A stretch of 58,351 nt of DNA, filler included, from Sphacelaria rigidula (Eukaryota): the NCBI GenBank assembly GCA_964200075.2. It is 7 parts of 7 records of this genome, joined end to end, with 100 filler letters (N's around TTAATTAATTAA, not from the genome) between each part and the next. Parts side by side here need not be neighbours in the genome. Positions count along the whole stretch, not along the records: positions 33,403 to 41,652 come from CAXNAA020011775.1; positions 41,753 to 50,002 come from CAXNAA020011776.1; positions 50,103 to 58,351 come from CAXNAA020011777.1; 4 more parts are not named here. One strand, 5' to 3'. This document shows positions 37,701-50,155 of this stretch, one piece after another. Under the pieces are notes generated by a model. The model worked only from the letters and a program-made list of their open reading frames with translations. It was not told the origin of the DNA and ran no database searches. Position 1 is the stretch's first letter, and every line of letters begins with the position of its first letter. The translations under genes and the position numbers were made by a program.

Positions 37701-39236
37701 AAAGTTCAACCTTGGGGCATATTGGGGGTTTTCCGTACTAATGCCCTGAACGCCATCTGCGCAGGAGCGTACCACGAAGCCCAAGTTTTGGTGAACTTTG
37801 CACCTTTGTTGGAGAAACTGCAAGTTTGGCCGAAAAAAATACTGTGGCAATCGGGACACGCAAAGGTACCCTGGAACCGTCTCAAGGAGTGCATCAAGTC
37901 ATTCCAGAGTAGTACCACTTGCGCCTAGCCCTCGTTGCGGGGGTGAAACGACGTCGAAGTGCCACAAAAGCACTTTGCCACGGTCATTCTTTACCGGACT
38001 AGAACAAGCAACCTGGAGCGTTGGGGGTTTGATATATTATGCTGAAAACCAACAGTCAGTACCGCGCATTCACACGAGACGTATGCCGGCGGTAGCACCT
38101 CACCAGCTACCGAGTCACGACCGCGCTTCAGATATGTACTTCTAGCAGCTTATTACACCGACATGGATACTGTGTGTGCGGCGTTGTGTGCTTACCTTAT
38201 GGCTAAGGGCAACGGAGGAGGTTGTATTCGATGTATACCATTCACAGTCGGGCGAGTGTTGGGTGACAAATCGGAGCTTCGTGCGCGAATGAAAGACACG
38301 CGCAAAAATAGTGGTGAAATATCCTGTCTGCGGCGATCGAAAACGCGAGCATTTTCTCTTTTTTGGAGGAAGTACCCCGTGGTTTGCATCTTCGAAGATT
38401 CTTCGGAGCCAGTGGCAGCAAAAATGTGGACGTGTTATTTGGGGGTCATGCTACGATAGCGGGGGTGGGTGTTTGATTCCACGGAAAATAGAGCTAGTAG
38501 GCGTGTCACGCGACCAAACACGCTGGTGGTGGGCTTGCATTTGGATAGAAACGGTGTCAAGCAGTATGAGTCAGCGTTTGTTTCCGGTAACAAGCGTGTT
38601 CGAACAACCGTTACTGCTCTCAACGACGATTTGAAGCGGAATTTCGTGCAAAAGAAACGGCCCAAAATCCCGCCCGTGTCCCCATCACACCATGACTCTC
38701 AAGTTCTCATGTGACCTTGTCCTATCGAGACACCAAAAAGAGCGAGAAACGAAACAAGCGTCCAGAGGCAGCATCTTGATCGGCTGTTGCTGGGCGGGTC
38801 TACAGTTGCGGCGGCTAACCAATATGCTGCTTTGGGACGCTTGCTTCGGTCTGCACTTCTCTTTCTGGTGTCAATAAGACACGACCCAAGAAGTGGTATC
38901 ATAATGCCGAATTGGTTGCTGAAACAAGCCGGACCAGTACGATCGCTGCACGCATGTTATCCACCTGAATGCGGCACACTGTGTATTCGACGTCGGCTCT
39001 CTCCAACTGAAACAACAAATCCGTGGTGGATGACTGAGAGGGCCAGCTCTTCATCACGTTTGCTCCATCCGAGAGAGCGGGGGGGGGGGGGGGAACTGGG
39101 GTTGTTTGGGGGCTTCAGTTTTTTTGCAAACCTACAGTGCCCGATGGGAATATTTACTNNNNNNNNNNCCCCCCCCCAACACAAAAAAAGCTGTGGGGGG
39201 GGGGGCGGGGGGCCCCCCTCTCCTCCCTCTTGTCCC

Positions 39237-39267
<31 letters not shown>

Positions 39268-39669
39268 AACTGAGATTGTTGTGGAGCTTCACGTTTCTCG
39301 CAAACATACAGTGCACGATGGTAGTATCTACGTTTTCCCGATCAAATGGACAATGTCACATGTGCACCTACTTGCTTCTCTTATTGCCTCAAACTGTGGT
39401 CGCGCAGCACCTGATGCGTACAAAAGTACGTGCGGTGCATACGTATACATAGGGTATAGCACAAACAGGAAAAGCAACTGTAGAATCCATACCCAACCCA
39501 TTTACATCACAGTACAGGCACCTTGTGGGCGGCTGCATTTGATTACAGCCTTGTTGGATACTTGCGGTGAAAACGTTTTCCAGTCAACTCGCCGTAAGCA
39601 ACGAGCTAGCTCGCAGACATATACCCACTTCGCCACTACCCGCACTTACATTTGAGTACAAGTACAAAA

Positions 39670-40650
39670 GTTGATGAAGAAACCACAAGCATCTGTTATC
39701 CGCTGGCCGACTTGGCGTGAGCGTCTTACGTTGCTGCTAGTGGGACATCGTTGAAATCTGGTTCATCAACCGTTACATAACAGACTCACAAGCGCAGACC
39801 GCAACTGCTTCACCTTGCGTTGTAGTTTGTCTCGCGTGTGCGTAAACGATGCCACAGCGGTTGGAACCCTGCGTCACCCCAGCAATAATCTACCACGAGT
39901 CGCCGATTCAGTTCCGATGATCGCCAGCGCAGTCACTCTCTTGCTGGCCACGGGCAGTTCGGGGCTCCTCCCATAAAGGCAGGTTGTGTCCGGCAGCGTA
40001 GTGGGATAACAAGGCTTACCCACTGAGTCGAAGGAACTCGCTCGAGGCTGGCATAACTTCAACCGAGGTGGTTGTGTGGCAGCTGGTTGTTCGCACCTCC
40101 AGAGATTCGTGATCCGCGAAAAATCCACTGCTTCCTCATGTGCAGCACAGCGGCCACGCGCGCGCGCGCTGGGGGGAAGTTATGTATGTGTGAAACATGA
40201 AAAATGCAACAATCCATCCGTGCGCTACTCGTACAATTCTTCGCAGAAGCGAAGAAGCGCATCTGCCAAGTGGTAATTGATCGCTTTGACTGGCTAACGG
40301 CCTTGAAGCACTTCTCCTGAGTCCATTCGTTCCAACGGACGACAAGTTTGTTTCTTGATTCCGTCCACGATTAAAATCCCGAACTCTTCGCAGTAAAAGG
40401 GTCCACGAAGAGTTTGGGATATACTACGGAGACTTTGAGGGTCTTCATCAGACCATGTCCTGAGCAGCGAAATCGAGATCGAGAGCAACTGCGATTTCGA
40501 TGTGGTTGATGCCGCGATAGCTTGTCTACACCGCAGACCAGCCCCTAAACGGTCACCGAGAATATGGCCATAAAGCGTATGATCGCTGGTTTCAGACTGC
40601 TTGAGACACCTCATTTGGACGACATCGGCGAAAATGATACCACGCGTGGG
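39670..40650 (-). pseudogene. Tentative, heavily decayed Upf1/DNA2-like SF1 helicase (C-terminal motifs)
   Basis: Motif remnants in the expected order across frameshifts: FADVV/NEVSQA, LVCGVDKL, RMDCCIF, AIIG, QGEAV/LVSL, NV/TLT, MLVV. Confidence 0.35.
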
Positions 40651-41156
40651 AGTTCGCATGTGCTTGTTGTGCTCGGCTTTTTTCAATTTGATTTACAAGT
40701 ATATTTTGCCTGCCCCACTCAGCCACTTTTCTTGGGGGGGTCTCCGCGGCATCCGTAATTTCGATTTTCATATACGGGTCCACCATCGGCCACGAAAATC
40801 TTCGGATGTGTACAAGATTCGATCGGGCTTATAGCGATCATCAGTAGGGCAGTAGCTGACAAACCACAGCCGATCCAAGGGGTTCAATCGACCTCTCCCA
40901 CGATAGGGAGAGGTGGTGTTATTTTTGTAACCTGTTGTACGAAGGAGCCGCTTTGAAACGTCGTTGAGAGCGAAAAATATCCATGCAAATGGTCTTGTCA
41001 CAATCAAGTTTCTGTTCAAACCACTCGACCCCGTTTCCACCCATGTAGAAGTCCATTTTATACTGTTTAAAGTAGTACATCACACTCATGATCCCATTAT
41101 TTTGTGCAACAAAGCACCACTCCCCCCCCCCCCCCCCCACCCACTAGATGGTGGTA

Positions 41157-41228
41157 CCGTCTCGAAAGGGATGCGTGGTCAATGGTCAAACGCCTCAGGC
41201 AAGCAACAAATGAGTACGCCCCCCCCCT
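41157..41228 (+). mobile_element. Short LINE 3'-end fragment (also at 8352-8415)
   Basis: CGTCTCGAAAGGGATGCGTGGTCAATGGTCAAACG...GGCAAGCAACAAATGAGTACG plus poly-C, matching 42654-42729. Confidence 0.65.
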
Positions 41229-42379
41229 ACTATATCGTAGCCTATCACAGCCTGGTCCAGCTAGAACCCGGCGTGCTCCGTACCGGCTTTGTAGGGGCGG
41301 ACCCCCGATAGGGTTGGCGTCGGTTGGCGATGACGCTATAAAACACGCCACTCACTGCGTAAGCTAGGCAACGAGGTTACCGATGTTGCTTTCCTCGCGC
41401 TTGCGTTTTTTTGCGGTCACCATGATGGTAGTCGAGCTCCATCATGTTGTGCGGCATGCGAGAACCTCAACTCTGCACAATGGGGATGATCATACTACCT
41501 AGTGTTTACATGGTGACACACCCATAAGGCTCTGTATAAGCCATGGCTGTCTCTGGAAGTGGCGATACCAGATAACAAAGCAACTCGTTGTAGGCTGTCA
41601 TCCAAATGCACGGCAGTCCGTACGCTTCGAGCCGAGCCATCGCAGCAGGATGNNNNNNNNNNNNNNNNNNNNNNNNNNNNNNNNNNNNNNNNNNNNTTAA
41701 TTAATTAANNNNNNNNNNNNNNNNNNNNNNNNNNNNNNNNNNNNNNNNNNNNGTCTACCAAGGCTTCACTGTGTTCAGAGAATGTATGTACCGCCCTTGC
41801 CCGAGGGTTCTCGGTGTGCGTTGGGTCGGATCACCCCAACTAGCCTCCTGGCATTCCAGCGCATCGCAAGCATGGACAGAAAGCTACGCAGTGGCATGCA
41901 ATATATGTGGAACAACGACGGAAGTAACGGTGGGGTTCTCTATATGAATTTTGGACCCATGTCAATCTCTTCCGATGACGTTGGGCATATTTTACCCGAC
42001 GAGCCTGAATAAGCCCCGAAAGTCGATCTGTTCGAGCCTTTTCGTGACATTGGTCGGTGACACTTTTTTTGCCCAGTTTGGGGGGTCAGGCGCGCCCATA
42101 ACTGTATACAGTCCATCTTCAAGTTCTAAAACTAGAAAACACTGCAGAACTACCATGTTGTCTTGTGTTCAGGGTAATACTCAGGTCTACATATATCACT
42201 GCAGAATTGTCTTGTTTTCAGTGAAGTATCCTGTACTCCATATAATGGGGTCATGGTTCGAGCAGTTTTTTTTCAAGTTATCGTTGTTTCTCCAAAAGTA
42301 TTCCGAAAAAAACGAGAGTGTTTCCTGTCACAGAAATCTAATGTCGAATCTGAAATAGCCTGAGACAACAACCAATTTG

Positions 42380-42729
42380 AAAATTGGAATACAACGAGGA
42401 ACGGGACGTGCTAGAGGAGGAAATGCGAGACGTGAACAAAGGTGGCATGAAATCGTTTGATGCATTAGACAGGAGGGAGAAAACGATGGCTTTACTAGGA
42501 GATAGATGGCGGCCAAAGACGGCGAAACAGGACGGGGACAAGATATATAAAAGGCGTTGTGTAATGTATGGAAGAAGAGTAATGAGCTTTTGAAGAAACG
42601 TCATGAGAGCCAGAATGTTGGAGGTGTCTCTATGAGGAGCAGGAACGGTGCTCCGTCTCGAAAGGGATGCGCGGTCAATGGTCAAACGACTAAGGCAAGC
42701 GATATATGAGTACGCCCCCCCCCCCCCCC
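42380..42729 (+). mobile_element. 5'-truncated LINE-like 3' end with remnant coding tail
   Basis: Coding remnant YNEERDVLEEEMR...EKTMALLGDRW then the conserved terminal block and poly-C. Shorter copies elsewhere share the 3' end but differ in 5' start. Confidence 0.6.
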
Positions 42730-45700
42730 TGCGGCCCAAGAATGAGGTTTGGGCGACCTGGGGGGTGATGGTGCCGTCATTTCCCGATATGGGGCCCCTC
42801 GGCCCAGCGGGCAGCTGCTCGACGCTTGACACTGTCTCCTGTCTGCCCGAGAAACAGCACTTTGCAACTGATAGTCTATGGCATACCGAGAAGCAAGTCG
42901 TGTGCGTGTACTTCAAAACAGAAATGATAGTCGCTGGGACTGGTGCGGGACAACCTAGCGGAAAGTTGCCGGGAAACAGCTCGCGTCTCAGCGTCGGCTT
43001 GCTGCGGGCCCTGGCGAATGTAGGGTGACGGCGATAAGACGAACACGATTTATGCTTCAAAACATTTTTATGCTTCCGTGCAACGACATATCACCATACC
43101 TCGGGTGCGTGCGTGCGGCAGACCTTCATTCTAGAGAAAAAGGGCCAAGCCGAGACCACTCCGATTTCACTGCCAAAACCCGAAGGACCGCAACGTCACA
43201 AACACCGAAATAAATGTAAATTGGAAGCGCCCTGGACACAGGGCAAGCTAATATGATCATGACAATATATATTGTACCCTTTCCTTTTCGTAACTTTGAA
43301 CCCCAACAATTGCTCCCCTTCCTCGGGACGAGTCCGTGATCTCAATGGACCAACCCATCTGTCCCCAGTTTCACGCCTTGCAGCTCAAGCTTTCTAACGA
43401 TGGAAATCAGATACTTGTGAGCACTACACACGCGCCGTGAAGAAAAAATACCGCATCGGTACCGTCGTGCGTTCTCTACTGACGTACTACGATACCAAGC
43501 AATCGCTCCGTTAGCTCGATCCTCTCTTACTAGCGATAACCCAGTCGACTCTCAATGAGCAGAAGTTACTCTGAAGGGAAATACAATCATTGTACACGAA
43601 AGCACTCCACTGTTTTGACGTGTTCCCATCCACTCCAGAATCTTGAGCTGTCGTACTTTCCCCCGCACAAGACCACATTCGACGAGAATTCAAAAGCGAA
43701 CGGTAGGCACTCGCAAAAGGAGACACAACTTGCACGCTTGCCCTTACATCCTCGATGCAATTCACCTCTGCGCCAGCGAGCAACGTCACGTTGACGGCAT
43801 CAAAATCAAGGTCACATTGATGGGCTCGCGAATCCACGTGCCCTCGGCTCACCGTTCATAATGATACTCGATCACCAGATACACGCCACTGGCCATAGAA
43901 TACGGGTACCAACGTGCTGTACCCCGCATTGCGAAAACTTGACAACAACAGCGGCAAACGTACTAGGTCATAACAGGTCATCGTGCACAACTGTTGGTGG
44001 GTTCAGCAGGTGCTTTTTGTTTTTTAATGCTCGACAACAAACCGCGATCTGCGATGCGGAGCACATGTATCCCACTCCAGTCAATCAAACTCCCGCAAGA
44101 TATTTGTTGTCAGAGTCATAACTTCAACAAGAAATAACGAAACATGGCATATTCGGAGGCTCCGAAATCATAATGATGATCGACGAGGAGCCGATACAGA
44201 CAACTCGCGGGTACACCGAAAGAAGCAACTGTTGTCAAATGTCGCAACCGATACCGAGACTTGAGTGCGTAATGATCTTTCATCGAGGGAGCAGAGATGA
44301 CATCTCCGTGCCATGGAAAACTGCACCGCCTGCGTGGTCTGTTCGACCGAGATCTTCTTGCGAAGTCGCTCGTGAAGTATTTCGCTTTCGACACGAGATC
44401 ATTTACACAGAAGCTAATGGAAAATAAAGTCGTACTCCGATACTGAAACGTTCACCACCATCAAACGAAACTCCGCGCCCACTCATCCCATAACTTTCTG
44501 TGCTTTTGTCTAGTCCACGAAGATTCGGCTATAATAATCATCATCATCTCGGTCCCAAGCCTTGAGTTTAGAACCACCTGAGCCATTTCTCCCGGGCCCA
44601 TCACGAGGAGAAGCGGTAGACCTGCGCAATGGCGTACCCGCTGCCGACGCCCTCGCACCCCCCCGCCATCTCAATGCCCCCCCGCGCACCTCCGCTGCTT
44701 GTACCATCCCCGAGTTCAAGACTGTTGAAATGGGCTCATTTGTATTGGAGCATGGCCCAACAGAAGGAGCAGTTACGTATGCAGAGGATGACATGTCAGG
44801 GCTGGAACGACTGCGAGGGCGTCTTGACCACAGCGTTCGTGCGAAGCTCCCCGCTCTTGGAGTAGCAACTGCACCGCATTGACGTCAAAGGTCCAGAGTT
44901 GGGTAAAATCATTAGTACAGCATGATGTAGACGGGTGCCTCTGTCCGAAAGTATACATGAAATCGCACCGCCCACAAGAACACTACACCAAAGATCCCAC
45001 GGACACGGTACGAGTGAGCCGCACAACTCTGGATTTGGACGACCGGCCAGAACAAACATACTCAGAAAGCGTACAAAGTGCACCAGTCAGGCGGAATTCT
45101 TTCGTGGCACTCTTCCAAGTGATCCCAATGCACTTATCGAACGATCTTAGCCGCAAAACTGCTCGCGTATATATCTATCCATACGTACTGGCACTTAAAT
45201 ATGGACAAGATGAATTGCAACAACAAAAACATGCCGAGTACGTACCAGTAGCGGTTTCACATTCTAAGTTGTTTTGGAGGCGCGGCGTACCTTCATTGGC
45301 CCTGAACAACATCATTTTGATGATTTTATTCAAGCCAGTAGAGTAGCTTTAGCACGGATTGAGTTTCCGCATTTGCTTCCATAAATTTTGTACCGTGCGA
45401 AATTATGGTAACGGCTCGGTCGTTGTATTGCCATATACCCCTCTGCTTCCATGCCAGGTTAGAACTTAAGGCCTCGCGGCACTCACGTTTATCCGGCTTA
45501 GAGTGGATATCATTAACTTGTCGTGGAGAAAAATCTATGATTTATGTTCGGACGGGACTTGTTAGTATCGTTTTAACACCGCGCCAATTTTACATCCCGA
45601 GCTCGAAACTCGGTAACCCTTTTCGACCTGTTTCTTTGAAGAACATTCTAGAAGTCGAGAACAAGCACGGTTCTCCTCGACTTCCGCTATTTCGAACAGT

Positions 45701-46959
45701 TTGGAGATGGGCTAAAATCGTTCCGGGGGTAATCTAAGTAGGTCGACTGCTTATCTCGTCACCGGCATCCAAACTCTCTCGCGTGCTTCTTTCAATTCTC
45801 TCTCGGTGGCTCTGTGCAGTCGATTCAACATCAAGGGACCAACCGTTGTCAACATGCTTCACAGGGTATGTCAATGTCTTGCTCTTTATTTTTGCGAGGT
45901 TCTTCCATCAACTCGGAAGTCCAAGGGTATCAAGCGATATGCCGGAACAGATAAGCGCGGACTTGTCACACAGTGTTCAAGCCAAAGACATGCGTACCCA
46001 ACAACCGGAACCTCAAAAAATCTCCCCTTTACTTCGTCGGTCGGACCTCCCTGTGTAAGGCTTCGAGGTTCCGTATATAACGTGTTCCGAAACGGGTCCC
46101 TCAACCCCTTCCCTTACATCACTCCAATTTTGAGGTCGAGGCGTCGTTCCACGCGGTCATTCTGTCGACAGGCTGTGTCCACAAGATGTACCTCTCGAAA
46201 GGAAGGGCGGAAAATGTACGTACCTTTGTGGGGATCTTCATCTGGGTGGACCCCCGTACCGAACACATAACAAACTAGGATCGGACACAAAACATAATCA
46301 AGACGCAAGCGCAATCTCACCATTGTTACGAGCCCCTTTCCTGTCATCTTCTGCCCCCCTTGCTCGACGAGACTGTCTGTCCACCCCTGCCAACGCCCCG
46401 CTGCCCAAGTCGTCCCCGTGACCCCTTGGTACAGGCAGACTGACGCTAGACGCGAACTTTCCTCCGGTGTACACATGCAGTGTTCGTTTCGTGACCCTAG
46501 CATGGACATTCTGGTCACCGGTGGACGATCTCTCAGTGCTATTCATGTCTGCCTGAACCGCGTGTGCGATAGTTGATGACTCAGGATGAGGGGACGGGAT
46601 GCTCCCTAGTAAAGGCGTCGCTGCGGAGTTCGATACTAACGGTCCCATTGTGCTGTCGTCGCCATTGCTGCTGTTGCTGATGCTGCTGCTGTCATTGGTG
46701 GAGTTATTGCCAATAGAGTCGTTGTTGAGAGATCCGATGCTCGTGCGCATGGTGTGTGGGGTATTGGTGGACGACTCAGCGGTTGGGTGCAAGTTGGCTG
46801 GTACCGTGTCTGCAAGTGTGATAGGGTGGAAGTGGCGCGCGTCAGCTCCGCCGATTGACAGACGAATTCGCTGCCCCGACGACCAAGGCGGAATGACATA
46901 TGAAGGGGTTGGACACGGGAGCGGAGAGGGTATTTCAGTGAAACTTTCGCGCAAACGGA

Positions 46960-47900
46960 GATACAGAACACATGTGCTGCAGATACGGAATACATGAACA
47001 TAGACACGGTTGATCCAGGGTGTAATTTCTTTGTGTTTTCATTCAATGGTTACGTGTGTAGTCATGTGCCAGCGGTCTGCGATGAGGAAGGGTTACGTGT
47101 ATAATATCATGAATGGATACGGTCTAATTGTTTGATTGTCGCGCATTGACTTATCCCCGAGGGACATAGCCGTGTTACAAGACTTGAGATGCGCTTTTGC
47201 TCAGTTTAGAATCATGGTGTACTCTGTGGAGCACCTGTCCCTTGAGGAACTTGAAGGATGTAGGCATGAGCTTGAACCTGAGCTGAACGGGATGTCCCTT
47301 CTTCAACGGCTGGGCGTCTGCGCGCACGTAGCTGGCGAATGCGTCAACAAACGTACAGCGATACGAACGAGCACCGTACAAAATACGTGGTAAAAGAGAG
47401 GCCAATATTTTCAAGAACTTTTGTTCGATAACATTCAAAAGACAAGTAAAGGTGCTACTTTTCAGGGATTTCTGGGGATGGACACACTGTGTCTGAGTAG
47501 CTGACGGCAACCCTGCACTGCCGTTCCGCAGATGAGTTTCGTCCCACGTCAACAAAGGGTAATTTTCCGGCTTCAACGATAAACGGGCGCCCAACACTTC
47601 GTATATCGATTCCTCCGGTTCGTCACATTCCTACCCAGATGCATAGATTTCAAACGTGCACTGGTATGAAGTGCGAGGCAAAACAAAGGTATCTGTGAAG
47701 CGGAAGGCCTTGATGTGGCATTGCCCACGGTGCGGGCATCCACGTGGAGATTTTGGGGTGGTTCGCGACATTTGGTGTGCCGCAAAGTCGCAGGGGTACC
47801 TGTGTTCCCATCTGCACTGCTGCACTAGAAGCCGAAGCAGGAGGCTCGTCCATACACATTGAGCGAACAGTATCTGTACATGCCGACCTCAGTAGTTTCT
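46960..47900 (-). pseudogene. Tentative decayed KDZ/CxC-associated transposase
   Basis: Ordered remnants: ADG, TCA/GHPVQLRFKLM, VL*HGY, PFLIADRWHMTTH, LHPGSTVSM...SAA. Confidence 0.38.
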
Positions 47901-49929
47901 AGCGGAGAAACGTGATGTTAGATTACCTTCGGCGTTTCCGCCATCAGGTTGGATACTTCCAACCAAGCCACACCACACACCTGTGTATCGGAACCCCGGG
48001 TAACGCTCGAACTTCTACCGGTTGACGCCGTTCTTGTTCCTTTCGGTGCTCCGCTCTAAAGCAGCCCTCCGTTACGTAGATGGACAGTCCCGTCCTGACA
48101 CGAATCAAGGTGCATAACAAGAAGAAGGTACTGTGAATCACAGTTGTGAGAAGCCAACATACCTTATAGTTCTGTCCAAGAACATTTCATTGTTTCATTT
48201 CATAGGCACGTTCTAGCACCGAGGAAGGTTCCTCAGACGTCCGCTAAATCTTTGGAGGATGGTCTATTTGTCTCGGAATATCGGGACAATATCAGACCGG
48301 ATATGTCTGAGAGTCATAGAACGTTGTACACACCGAACCAAAGGTAATCTACACGTTGAACTGAACTCCAGGTCAATGTCTGTTGGTACATGGTCCCTTG
48401 ATCCATGTCCTGTTGTCTGAGATGAGCTGCATGGATAGATCGCAGATCATCCCCACCTCATCTCACATTCGCAACCACTCTTCTTTTCACCTCCGCTCTA
48501 TCCAGTTCACTCGAGCTCTGTCCTGTACACTCAACGCTACCGACGTAGCTTACCTGGAAAGAGCACTTTGCGTTTCGCCTGAGTTTCTCCTAGTACAGAC
48601 ATGAGGGATGCACTCATCACGGGTGCTGCTCTAGTGTAGAGGTAGGCATGGGTATCACCGTCTTCTTCAGCATCATTCGAAAAAGCCCATTCGGTTTTGA
48701 GGCATGAACTACACTAAAAAGGATTGTTAGGAGAAGACTCGCCAAACCATTATGCGATGCCTAATGCAACACGAAGAGACGGTGTGTTGGTAATCGAACA
48801 CAAAATACCCGCTAAAAACCACCAATGCATGAAGCACCGCACAGAAACCAGTGTCTCATTCAACCATGTGCCCACATGCACCCGCACAAAATGTTCAAGA
48901 CGCATCCACACTCCACACGATGACGAAACAATGAAAACAAGAGAAAGGGAATACTCGTAGTTCTCTTGGTGTCTTCTCTTCCCGTGTTGCAATTAATCGC
49001 GTACGTGCTTGCTCACCGGGGTCGTACCGCCTGCAGATACGCGAAGACGTCGAGGTTGGGCAGGTCGTCCGCTGCAGCCACCCATACGCTCACAACGGGA
49101 TAGCCCGTCACCTTCCGTCAACGAGGTCGAAGAGCCACGAGGTGGAAGCTTCAACGTTCACATGAATGACGTGAATAAGGCTGTGTTCGATTGTTTTCAT
49201 GCCACATAGGGAGGGGAAGGGGTGTAGGCTACACAAATGCTGGGCAAGAAAGGCGTGGTAGTTTGCCGCGTCCCGATGGTGAAACTGGTGCAGCGTATGA
49301 TGCGCCAGTTTCGGCGTCGTACAGTAATGTGTTCACATCCCACAGCAATAGTCTTTCTTACCGGTGCCCGTCGTGGGGGGAATGAGAGCGTGAGCTGGCC
49401 CAATAATTCGATTAGAATTGACAGATTGCGGGAGTGCTGATCCAATACTTGATGATAAAATTATAAGGCGGGTGCTGGGCGGAAGAAGGCTTGATCCCGT
49501 TAAAGAACGCACTCGTCCCGAGGAGGGGGATAGTCTCGAGGGCGAAGGGGGATAAGTATCACAATTTTCACAATTTTCACAAGTATCACAGAAACAACGG
49601 GCACGAGGGGATGACCGATCACATGACCGATCACATGGAGCGTTCGAGCTTTCAATGCTCGCGAACAATACGCGACGTTCAATGTTCGTCGTGACCCTTT
49701 GAACGCTCGGATCTTCACCAAGGCGCTAAACGGACATACTTTGAAGGGGAGGGGAGGGAGGCACTACTGTTTTAGTAAAAAATAGAGCCAGCTTTCGTTT
49801 TATATCATTTGCGCATACACACGCCGTACTCTACTCTAGTCTACCATGACTTCATCAACCCCCTCCCCCACGAGATCATCATTTGAATCCTGCTTTATTT
49901 CACCACTCGTTATCCCCCAATGTTGAGGG

Positions 49930-50002
49930 TGGGAGGGGGGTGTACTCATGATCATGCATGCCATAGTCATCAGACCATTGACCTCGCATCCCTACAAAGC
50001 CG
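49930..50002 (-). mobile_element. Second subfamily of LINE-like 3' end (also at about 11931-11975 + and about 15160-15255 +)
   Basis: CGGCTTTGTAGGGATGCGAGGTCAATGGTCTGATGACTATGGCATGCATGATCATGAGTACACCCC. Confidence 0.6.
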
Positions 50003-50155
50003 NNNNNNNNNNNNNNNNNNNNNNNNNNNNNNNNNNNNNNNNNNNNTTAATTAATTAANNNNNNNNNNNNNNNNNNNNNNNNNNNNNNNNNNNNNNNNNN
50101 NNCGAGAGTGAAGAGAAATTGCCAGAGAGTCTCTGGCAATTTCTCTTCACTCTCG

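Noticed and set aside
39077-39335. Duplicated segment around poly-G tracts and a 10-N gap
   Set aside because: The first copy looks like an error-rich version of the second following a G homopolymer, so it is probably a sequencing or scaffolding artefact.
41782-42012. TET/JBP-like or transposase fragment
   Set aside because: No H-x-D or DDE motif could be identified with confidence.
50103-50155. Perfect 26-bp-arm hairpin with a 1-nt loop
   Set aside because: It begins exactly at a contig end, which is typical of a fold-back assembly or read artefact.
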